Source of the DNA: Geosiphon pyriformis uo1
Taxonomy: Eukaryota > Fungi > Glomeromycota
Length of the DNA stretch: 64,000 nucleotides
Assembly (NCBI GenBank): GCA_016748015.1
Contig: JAAOMT010000366.1
Coordinates: 4,334-68,333, forward strand
Direction of reading: 5' to 3'
Part shown: positions 14,601 to 25,299 of the stretch, one piece after another
Numbering within the stretch: the stretch's first letter is position 1
Layout of the letters: each line of letters begins with the position of its first letter
Program-made: the position numbers and the translations under genes
Notes under the pieces: generated by a model
What the model was told of the DNA's origin: nothing
Seen by the model: the letters and a program-made list of their open reading frames with translations, nothing else
Database searches by the model: none

Positions 14601-14770
14601 AAAATGCACGAATTCAATAACTATCGCCCACTAGTAATTCGCAATTCAAAATTCGAATAACCAATGAATACGGAATAGAAAATCATGAACAATCGATCAT
14701 CAAATAACTGAATTAAATTTTAGAGTTAGGTGGTGAGGAATTGATAATTGTTAGTTTGTTATTTATGCCT

Positions 14771-14885
14771 TGCAAGAATAAAGAGTGGGAGGGGGGTAGT
14801 TTAAGATTTCTTACAAGAGTGAAGAGCGGGAGGAGGTAGTTTTAGTTTAAGATTTCTTACAAGAGTGAAGAGCGGGAGGGGGTAG
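14771..14885 (+). repeat. Purine-rich ~42-45-bp direct repeat (about 2.6 copies)
   Basis: tagtttaagatttcttacaagagtgaagagcgggagg is repeated, with a diverged first copy. Confidence 0.85.
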
Positions 14886-15135
14886 CCACATTTGTCAATT
14901 ATCTTTTCTATATCCATCTAGTCCAGGAATAAAACTTTATCAGTATATAACAAAGTTATCAGGGAAGGGTTTTTACAATGGCAAAATTGTTCACCCATTG
15001 CCAATTCTGATAAACTCTTGTTATTTACTGTTTATTGTTTAGGCCTATTGAAATCTAATTCAGAAATTTGAAATGATCGATATAAAATATTTAAGAAACC
15101 TAATGTATAATAAACTATTGTAATTAATATAAGTA

Positions 15136-15741
15136 CAGAGGGTGTCCAAAAGTTTCCGAACAAGATTTTATTTAACAATAATATTTATTTTTTTATAAAA
15201 TAAAACAAAATAAACAACATATTTATAATTTTATAGTAATTTTCTAAATTTTTCCATTAAGTGTTACTAAACGTTTAAGTCGGCGATATTTTTGGTGAGT
15301 AAATAAACGTGGACGTCCTGAACGAGGCCTTGAATCAATTGAACCAGTTTCTTTAAATCGTTTTATTGTATCCGAAACTGTTGTCAAGCTGCAATTGACT
15401 CTGTTGGCAATATCACGATATTTCTTGCCATGCTGTTGTAATAAGCATATAGTATTACGTTGAGCAATCGTTAATTCTTTTTTTGCTCCCATTTCGTTTT
15501 AATAAAAACGACGAAAAAATCTTATATGCGCGTTACATTTCATTTTTATAAAAAAACGAGTATGAATAAAATCAATTATGTGCGTCGCGAAAAAACATTA
15601 TACACGCGTGTTTAAAAAACAAAAAACGCGTAATTAAATAATTAACTAACTTAATTTAGTAATAAACTCGTGCTTTTCTAATTATTCAAGCATGTGGAAT
15701 GTTACTCCAAAGTTTGTTCGCAAACTTTTGGACACCCTCTG
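15136..15741 (-). mobile_element. 606-bp non-autonomous Tc1-like element (internal deletion derivative)
   Basis: 28-bp TIRs cagagggtgtccaaaagttt(c/g)cgaacaa (27/28 identical), TA target-site duplication at 15134-35 and 15742-43, and an internal truncated transposase ORF. Confidence 0.95.
15244..15492 (-). CDS. Tc1 transposase N-terminal HTH DNA-binding domain (82 aa, no DDE domain)
   Basis: MGAKKELT...YRDIANRVNCSLTTVSDTIKRFKETGSIDSRPRSGRPR: paired-like HTH followed by the GRPR motif, inside the TIRs. Confidence 0.85.
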   Translation of the reverse strand: MGAKKELTIAQRNTICLLQQHGKKYRDIANRVNCSLTTVSDTIKRFKETGSIDSRPRSGRPRLFTHQKYRRLKRLVTLNGKI

Positions 15742-16373
15742 TATTATAATAGTTCGGTAATAACTTTAAGAAATGCTAATATTAACTTAAGTCCAAGCAA
15801 TAATAACTTTATTTTAAACCACTTATCAAATATCCTTGAGACCTTTTTTACGCAAGTTCGGATTTAAATATTAAATTAGGTAATATTGAGCATGCTTAAT
15901 ATACTTGTTCACCGTGTAAAACGAAAACCCTCTGCCCTTGCTATCGAAATATATTAATTTGATCAGCACGAATAAAAAATTTTATGGTCAGTATTAATTC
16001 GGAAATATTTTTATATCCATAAGTTTAAATGAGAAAAATGTGAATGTTTAATTTTAATTAAAACCAGAATTTTAAATTGAAAAAAAAATTATTGGGATTT
16101 GGAAATTTACCTCAAATTAAATCCACGCTGAAATACTTTTCAATGAAGACAAAGCCAAAATAAAATTTTAATTTACTTCAATTTTTTGAACCTTTTCATT
16201 TAAAAATAGCGCAGCCTTAAATTTAGTTAAATAATTTGAATATTCATAAAAAATTTTTTTAAAAAAAAGGCAATAGACAATATATCTAAATAAATATTTT
16301 TTAGAAAAATTTAATTATTGGGATTAAATTTAATTTTAGTGTCATTATGTTTGATAGTAAAAAAAATGGCCAT

Positions 16374-16490
16374 TTAAGAATGATTGATTGTTACCATAGG
16401 AGAACATTGTGACATCATTTGTCCTAAATATGGATCAAGATGTGATGCGAAAGCTTCTTCATTCGTTGCAGCCTCGGTTCTACCATTGCA
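16374..16490 (-). pseudogene. Orphan terminal exon of a class-3 lipase paralog
   Basis: Translates CNGRTEAATNEEAFASHLDPYLGQMMSQCSPMVTINHS*, which aligns with exon 4 of the cluster genes (CN...HFGPYFGYMMGKCPS). Confidence 0.7.
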
Positions 16491-16714
16491 TTATCTCATT
16501 GAAATTATCCCACTTAATTTAATATTAGACTAAAAGACAATTTTTTTTAGGCAACCTTTTCTAAACTAAATAAGACAGCCAAATTCAAATTTTCAAGTTA
16601 TTAAAATTGCTAGAATGAATTATAGAGAAAATATTTTTCTTTTTCTACGTGTTGTTTTGTTTCAGTCATTTCATTTTCTAATGCAGTTATCATTTTATTT
16701 TTATCTTTTTTACC

Positions 16715-17193
16715 TCATTCTTTATGATAAGCTTTGGATCTCTTAATTTTAGCAGCAAGCCTTTCATTTTCCCTGGTGCCTGAATTGTCAGTAGGTCGGG
16801 ATTCATTTGGTATGTACCACCTGTTCATTTTTCATCGAGGATATATTTTAATCACTAATTCCGAGTTAAAATAATTATAAATAACAGGCATGCCACTTTC
16901 TTCTCGGCAAAATTTTCTCCTAGCACAGTTCTTATATTGAAGTCATAACAAGCATCTTGGTCTTCCATCTTTGCCATGAGTTTCTTAAACAGTTGGCCAA
17001 TCTCATTCCAGGTTTCCACATCCATTGTCTGAATGTTATTGGGCAGCTTGGCTTTGGGGGAAATGGTGATTATTCTCATATCAATATATAATTTAGCTAC
17101 TTTACTCTTTTTGGCAACAACTCCATCTTAATTAGGCTGCAAAGCAAGCTGGTGCTGTCTGTTTTGTTCAGAAGTCGGAATCTCATTAGGCAT
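16715..17193 (-). pseudogene. Possible HIT-fold-like pseudogene lacking the histidine triad
   Basis: IITISPK...IQTMDVETWNEIGQLFKKLM...FNIRTVLG...(intron)VIKIYPR follows the HIT pattern LVIPK...FNI...G...HxHxIPR without the His residues. Two in-frame stops. Confidence 0.35.
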
Positions 17194-19447
17194 TAGTTCA
17201 GCACCAATAAATTCTCAATTCTTCTTATATTTGGGATCTATTCACATGTAAAAGTGAGATTGTTGGTTTTGACCTGCTAATTTTTTATTAGGTATACTAA
17301 GATTGTAATCTAAAAGACCTGGTTTATTGACGTATTTATAGTAGTTTTCAATTTTCATAATTCTATCTTTTAAGACTGGTAAAATATCTAATTATATTTG
17401 GATAGTTAAGTCTTAATGTGACATTGAGTATATATTATGATATAAAAATTGGCATTAGATTACTTGACTAACAAAAGCAAACATAGTGTCATAATTGGAG
17501 ATTAAGTTTTTAAGATAGTTTTTTTCCAGAGAAAAACACTTTATTATACAATTCAAGCATTTATTAACCATAATATTATATTTTTATAACTGCAACAAAT
17601 TTTGAATAGTCATAAAACTTATTCATTCTTCAATAAAATATTGTACTGGCTGTGAACAAATAATGTTTTTAAATTTATTTCTGGCAAACAAACAAATATT
17701 GTAATAAAGATATTCTTGTCTTTTATAATCCAATAGTAAAAAATTAATATTAAATTGGATAAATTTAATTTTTTGGGTAATTTCAGAAATACTTGCTTTT
17801 TTAGTTTTTAACAAATTAAATTCACCATAGATATTATTAGCATTTAAGCTTTAACAATTCCAAGACCGATTGATTCAAAAAAAATACTGGTATTTTTGCA
17901 GACTATTTAATTTTTAAAAAAAATTCCCAAGTTAAAATCAAATCTAAGTACTGCAAAAATTTTTTTTTTATAGTGTTAAATCTTATTTAATCTAATTGTA
18001 TTCAATCTTTTCACAACTTCAACAATATAATTTATACAATTTACAATTATTTTGTGGTATAGTTTCTTAATTAATCTAAAACAATTATCACACTTGAATT
18101 TAATATTTTTAAGCATAAAATTTAGCTTAATATTTTTATTCAATCTCTTAATTATATTAAATACTATGTTTAATTTATTTATGTACTACTTTATCTTAAA
18201 TACCAAATAAATACATTTTATGTAACTAAAATAATAAATTTACTTATCTGTTGATTAGAATATAGAATGTAAATATTTTGTGTTTAATTATAACTATAAT
18301 GAGCAGTAATTTCAATATAACAATAATAAACCTTATTTTCTATTACAAAATAATTCTTATTTGCTAATTTTTTTTGTTGCTTCAGTAATTTCTTATTTTT
18401 GTTGCACTAATTTTTTTAATTTAGTCTTAACTAAATGTTTTTGTATTTTTCCAATAGATATTATTAAAGACATTATGTTATAAGTCATTTTAAAAATATT
18501 AACAAATATTGTCTTGAATTTATAATTTGAATATACAATATTAATTAGTGCCATAACTTGTAAAATAGATTATATTTTAATAATTTCAAAATGTTTTTTT
18601 AAGACCTGCAATAAAATCATAATAAACTAATTTATAACTTATTTTGGCTGACAAAGTATAAGTTTTTAAGTAATTTGGTAATCTATGTATTTTAATATAA
18701 TCTTTGAAAAAATTCTTTACAGTAATAATAATAATTATATTAATAGTTTTTTGGTTTTTTATTATGGCACTTTTTTTATATTTTTTGTTGCTAAATAATT
18801 TCTAAAATATTGAGATATGCTATCTAACAAAATAACATATTGTGATTTCAATAGTAAAAAGTGTTTTATTAATATGTATTTTCTTTTTAAGATATCAACT
18901 GGTGGTTATTTCTCTATTATTTATTTATTTTAGCTGGGCCATTAAAAATATATTTTGTTTAGATCTAAAAAAAGCTTAAAATGTTTTATGTAATTCAGTA
19001 AATCTTTCTCTAAGAATTTTTTTTGAACAACCACAATAGCGACTTATCTCCAAGAAACTTATTGCTTTTTCATATTTAATAAAACAATTGTAATTATTAT
19101 TCTTTATATACAGGTAATTATATATATATTTTTACTACTTAGAGTTTTTTCTGTGCTTTATATGCTTTGTTTGTGTCTATTTGTTTGATGCTTGGCTGAC
19201 ATTTTTACACAGTAACATTTTTCTCATATTAATATGTAATTTTTATGGTTTTGGTGCATATGCTAGACAGTCAATTAAGCATGTGATGCATTTATTTTTC
19301 ATTATTTATTGTGTAAAACAAACAAACAATAAGTTTGCATTTTCTTAACTAAATTTATATGATCCAGTCTAACACCAGATATCATCTAAAAATTCATTAT
19401 ACAAATTAGCCAAGTTCCCCACTATTCATATCAATAATCCAAAGCAT

Positions 19448-21633
19448 TCAGTATTCTTTGTTCCATGCGCAAAGATTACTACGCTTAACTTCTTGTAAGC
19501 CCGCCAATGCCCACCTCACAAGATGCAAATCATGGCTCTTTTCTATTTTTTTGTGAAGCCCAGCCTCCTGGTGCCAGTCAACAAATTGATTTAAGCTTTC
19601 TGGGTATTTAGCTTCCCCAACACTCCCAGCCCATTCAAAATCAATAAGTTTTACATCATCAGTTGGTCCAAGGAGAATGTTGGGGCCACGAAGATCTCCA
19701 TGGACAAAGCCAAGACTGTGGAGCATGTTTACTGCATCCAGAATAGGAGTTCGCATGCTCTCGCGCTTGTCCCATGGAACCTTATCGAGATGTGAATAAC
19801 ATTCCAAGCATTCCATGATCACCAAACTCCAACCATCATCAAGTTCCTCAAAGTACACAATTTTGGGAGCAATCCCTTTATCAGAGCATGCATCGTGAGC
19901 TTCTTTGCAGTATCGAGGAGTGAATTTAATAACGACATATTGATTGGATCCATCTAAATCTGCCTTGGCAAGCCAGAGGTTTTTACCTCCTATCCTGGAT
20001 ACATAGCATAAATTTTGAAGACTTTCAATCTGAGTTGGAAGACGTGGAAAAGGCCCATTGCAAAACGTTTTAGGGATGTCTTGATTATTGGAAATAGCAG
20101 TGTAGTGATCTTGAAGATCTTGCAGACAAGTAACAAGAGCAGAAATCGCACGGCCTGCCATCCTGGCTGTGTAGCAGTCATAAAACGCCATGTCAAGGGG
20201 GATAGCCGGAGTAAGTTTGTCTAGACAATAGTAATCGCTTATGATAGCACCGCTTATTGTGAGTTCTTGGTCTAAAAAAAATGCATTAATAACTACCAAT
20301 ACCATTAAAAGATTGAAACACAAAAAGATTTTTACCGTTCAAAGTAACGAGAAAAGATGGGTAACACGTGTGTTCAATATATTGCTCATTTGCTTTCCAA
20401 GTGAGTTTCATGAACTTAACATAATAAGCTGCCTTCTGTAAGTAAGAGCAATTCCTCGTTCCCCAGTCCGTCTTCAACTCCAGATTAAGAAGGAGAAACT
20501 CTGTGCCACAAACTCTCTTGATAACCGTGCCATCAGTCTCATACCCATGACTCTCTATTGTCAATACTGGGTTCAGATCTGTGAGGATGTGAGTCAAAAA
20601 TTTCTTGAAGAGGTTTTCTCGAATTTTCTCCGTAATTTCGAGACGCAATAATTGGGGCGAGAGCTCTTTAATCAGCTCCACATATTTCTTTTCGTTGTCG
20701 GAAAGTGTAGGAGTATCGTTGTAAAATGAATTTCGGAATGTCTCGAAAACCTTGCAATAGAATCTGATTGGGATGTCAGAACGACTAATGGGTCTGTGAT
20801 GGCGAAATCTTGTCTCTTGGACAGTATCGACAAAGCTTGACGAAGCGTAGTAGCTAGGTGATACATTTTCAAGAATGTGAACATTTTTCTCCCTCTCCTC
20901 GAATACTAGAAGAATGTAGTTGAACAGGTCAAAATTTCAATCTCTGCAAACTAATATCCTGTCCCAACTTACCCTTCCGACGCCTAATAACGCTGTCTGG
21001 CTCAGAGGATGGTGAGCGTGGACGTCGAATTTCTGGGTGATGGCAGCGAGAAAAATGAGATGGTGATGGAAAACAGACGCATTATGGTGGATGATGTAAG
21101 TGATAAATATTTCGACTGTGGTTACACCGCAACGAAACAGGCCATGCGCGACATTAATAGAAAGGCATTATTTAAACAAGGAGGATAAATGAGACAATTA
21201 AGAAACAAGATGACAGCAATAAACAGGTAGATTTATATTCGCAAAACAGTTATTGCATGATAGCGATAATTGCAAGCATAAAGGACATTATCGTATTTAC
21301 TATGTCTACTCTACCTTTGTACACACTATTCTATGCCCCCAACGCCCGAGTCACAACTTCTTTACCTGGTTGAGTAGTCTTTGCACGTAGTGCCTCTCCC
21401 CACTTTACCACCTCGTCAATACATTTCTTCTCCTTGTCCCTTTGCTCCTTCTCCTTTTCTTCCGGTCTTGCTTTTTCCTGCTGGTCGTCTTCGTCAAGTC
21501 CTTTAGTCCTTCTCCTCAATCTCTTCAACTCCAGTCCTTCATCCTTCTCAAACTCCTTCAACGCCGTCTCCGCCTTCTCTAACTGCGCCTTCACATCGTT
21601 CAGCTCTTGTGTTACTCTTTCGATACTCGCCAT
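19448..21633 (-). CDS. Crinkler-type effector-like protein: coiled-coil header + PD-(D/E)XK nuclease + kinase (573 aa, 4 exons)
   Basis: Exons 21633-21366, 21032-20973, 20905-20336 and 20271-19448 have GT-AG ends and join in frame (1722 nt). Motifs: HRP..PIxFY..VF..F; TDG...LELK...G....Q..YY (nuclease); VVIKF, HGDLRGPNILL, LIDFEWAG, YP (kinase). Confidence 0.9.
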
Positions 21634-21930
21634 TTTTTTCGTAAGTGTTTGAAGGGAAGATGTGCTAAGCGATGTGATGCTAATATACGAACTGATCAGT
21701 GGCTTGTGCCACTGTATGCAGAGTGTGACCAATGGTAATTGATGCGCAGAAACTGCGTTTGCATTAACATGACAAACAAAGTACATCTCTTTTAAGATTC
21801 AATAGAACGATTGCATGGAGGAAATACTCAGACCCAAAGCCATTGATTAGTAACCCTATATTTTGGTCGCTCTAGTGAAATCTATGCTACATATAATTGG
21901 TAATATTATTAACATATTTATCTTCACTTC

Positions 21931-21931
21931 T

Positions 21932-21999
<68 letters not shown>

Positions 22000-22000
22000 T
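21931..22000. repeat. (TTTC)n microsatellite, about 17 units
   Basis: Perfect tetranucleotide run. Confidence 0.98.
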
Positions 22001-23290
22001 ATCTATCCATTTTTCAAGCGCTTTGATCCTTTTTCTCGAGAATTGGTCTTTTAGGATAAAAGCAATAATACTTTTTCTTTCGCATAGTTTGTGAAATTTT
22101 ATAACCACTTTTTTAAATAAGACTGAGTCCAGCTCATGTCTTTTGATAGATAATAATAAAGTTTCAAAATCCTTCCGTAAGTATTTGACATTTAACAAAT
22201 ATTTTCACTCCGGAGCAGTTGTCTGGTTGGGGATATTAATTTGATTGCGTAAATTGTTGCTTTGAGCATTTGAGTTATAACATAGAGTTGATTAGTCGTG
22301 AGCAAAGGACCAATGAGAAGTCCGATCAACAACCCACAAAAGAACTCAATAGTGAAAATAAGCATTTTTGGATATTGGCTGTTTACTTCTTTTTTTTTTA
22401 TAGGATAAATTGTTTCAATATCGATGTTGGAAAGATTTTGTAATTTGATTTTTTAATGATTCCGAAACAGTTGATTCATCTCCTAAAGTTTGGATCAACC
22501 GCTCTTCTAATTATTTATTCTCCTGAATCATTTTTATCACTTTACCTTATGGTTTTAATACTATAATGTCATGAATTGTGTCAGATTTGTAGTACTTGGG
22601 GCACAAAGAACGAAAATTATCATATATATTATCATTCTTACTCGAGCAGTATATAAAAAATCATGGAAATTTGTCCCGATTATTGATGGTAATCCCACAA
22701 TAAAAAAAAAATAGATATTTGCTTTATATTTCTTCTAGTTTTCGTTTCTTTCTTTGTTCGTCATAAGTTGGCATTAATGTTCTTTTATTGGCTTTTATTT
22801 TTCGTTCTTCTTTATAAATTTCATAAGTGATTTTTTTTTTATATAGATATTTCTGGAGAATTTTGCTGTCATTTATTTTAAACACATAAGGTGCAATTTT
22901 TTCTCCTTGAGCTTTCTTTAAAATGCTTCTAATTAGTTTCGGATTATATTTTTATATAGATAGTTCTATATTTAATATTAAGCATGTTATAATTTTTAGT
23001 GCCAAAAACAGTCTATGAATTTATTTCTGACTCACAGATGTGCCACTAAAGCAAAACCTTTCAAAACGTCATCCATCACTTAGTTGATCTTTCAATCACA
23101 TAGCAATTTTTAGCTCACATAATCAAATGTTCACTTTGTCTGGGTTTGTTGCAATCTGCTTCAAATGATGATTCAAATTCAATTAAATAATATTTGGAAA
23201 ATAGCCGACTGTTCTAATAAATTACATCTATAAAGTATGAGCTAGTTCTATAATCTTTTTTATTAAGATATTAAATTTTGAAAGCATTAA

Positions 23291-24054
23291 GGGGACGAAC
23301 ATATATCACGTCATTATTGATTACTATAGGACCATCCCTTCCTTTCCCCCCTGGTGAGATATGCAATTAGACATTCCATAATAATGTTATCTCACATCAT
23401 AATAATATGCTATTCATGATGCACAATTATAAATCCATGCACTATAAATATATGGCATAATATAATCAAACTTGTATAATAAATATGATCAAACTTATGA
23501 TCGAAATTATTATAAAAATATACTAGCCTAAACATCTCAACTTATCGCATTGTCCTATTTATATAAAAATGACCACGAATTTGTGTCTAATCTAACGTGT
23601 CTTTTATCTCCTGATCTAGTGCATCTTTTATTCGCGTCTTTTATTTCCTGATCTATCGTGTCTTTGATATTGTATTTTTGATTTCATTTATTGCTAAACT
23701 CTCCTAATATGCAAGCTTTCCTAAATACACCGCAATACAACATGTTTTATATTTATAAAACTCTCACAAATCAACACCAGAGATTTTGCAATGAATTTGG
23801 ATATAGTCGTATGGTAAACACAAGAAATCCAGCATACCGAAAATTCAATTTATGTACCATAAATTAGACTGCATTTCTATATCTAATTGGCTAATAAATC
23901 ATGTGCCATTTAAAGTCGTAAGATTTTGACATTTCTATATTCTAATTGGCTAATAAAAATCCAAAATCACATGCCATATAAAATCATGTGAGACATGAGA
24001 TTTTGAATTCCCCCCCTCCCCCCTTTCATAATGACGTGATATATGTTTGTCCCC
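23291..24054. mobile_element. 764-bp MITE, PIF/Harbinger-like
   Basis: 27-bp TIRs ggggac(g/a)aacatatatcacgtcattat (26/27 identical), TAA duplication at 23288-90 and 24055-57, internal ~22-bp and ~58-bp direct repeats, no ORF. Confidence 0.9.
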
Positions 24055-25299
24055 TAATGCAAAATATATTTTTAGCGGAACAATGCAAAAATAAAAGCTC
24101 AAGGATTATAAGAAATTCACAACTTTTTTGAATTTGATTTAACATACAAATTTTCACGTATCATTTTAATAAATATTGTGAGTTAAAGTCTAAACACTAT
24201 TATAGTTGAGAGCCTGGAATTTTTTAAATAAAATGTCTAAACACAGTCAACAGTTTTTGTGTTTAATTTTTCCTTTATACAATTTTCACCCCTTAATTTC
24301 AATTATCTATACTCGTGATTATAAATTGATTGCATTCAATTGTTTTAATAAGCTAAGGACTAAATATGGTACTAAAAATGATGAAAATATAAATTTTTAT
24401 GATTGTTTGGTTATCAATAAAACTTTTGATCAAATAATGACTCTTTAAAAGCTTCAGCCTTTTGAAATTAAGCTGAATACAGATAATATTATTAAAAAAA
24501 AACTTCTTTCTCCCATTGTTACCAGTAGAAATTTGAGTTAGTAATTAGCATGAAATTATCCTATTATTAATTAGTATATATTATAGTTTCAATTTATTAT
24601 TCATTATTCTATCAAATTATCAAATGTTGTTATTTAATTAATAACCCAATTTGTATAATACCCAAGTGTAACTAAATGCAATAATCAGATTATGTAATAC
24701 CCCAAACTATGTAGCATTTAAGAATTTGCTGAAATATCTAGAAGTTTGACAAAATATTCAACAGTTCACTGAAATAATTAATATTTTATAGAAATAACTT
24801 GCATTTCACCAAAATGTACCTTTATTTTGTCAAAATATTAGCAAAAAAAAAGTGCTAGATCATAGAATAGTACAACAAGAAGTTTTATAAAAGAAAAGCT
24901 TTTTTCTTCAAGAAAAATTTTTTTTTTATAAAACTTAATTTAGAATCATCTTTTTAGTAAGCAATTAGCTATTACAAATTAATTCGATAAAATTTATCTT
25001 GAAACCAAACTTTTTTTCCAATTATTACTATTTAAAAAACTTAAAATTATCATTCTGAAATTAATTAGCTACCAGTAATTACTTAGTTACTATAACCCTA
25101 AGCTGAAGACAATTTTCATTTTATTTCTTTTCTTTTAATTTTTTTATATTTTTTTATATTGTTAGATAGCCTATAATTGAAACTTTTTTAGAAAAGTTGA
25201 CTTTTACAGCAAAGTAACTACACATAAATTGGAAAGCTTACAAACAGAAATTCCTGTAAAAAGAGTTGATTTTTACCACAAAGTAACTATACAAAATAA

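Noticed and set aside
17400-19300. Specific transposase family for this AT-rich tract
   Set aside because: No diagnostic motif could be recovered; counted only as hypermutated repeat.
19990-20884. Short ORFs overlapping the nuclease-kinase gene, and antisense ORFs over the lipase genes
   Set aside because: Alternative-frame or antisense shadows of real exons.
21863-22198. ORFs with KERK / SFFL repeats
   Set aside because: The repeats come from the (TTTC)n microsatellite; the adjacent minus-strand frame has stops and no recognisable domain.
23100-23160. Another lipase exon-4 remnant (DCNKPRQSEHLIM)
   Set aside because: Too short and lacks the PYFG signature.
25092-25100. Telomeric repeat (taaccctaa)
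   Set aside because: Single occurrence, no array.
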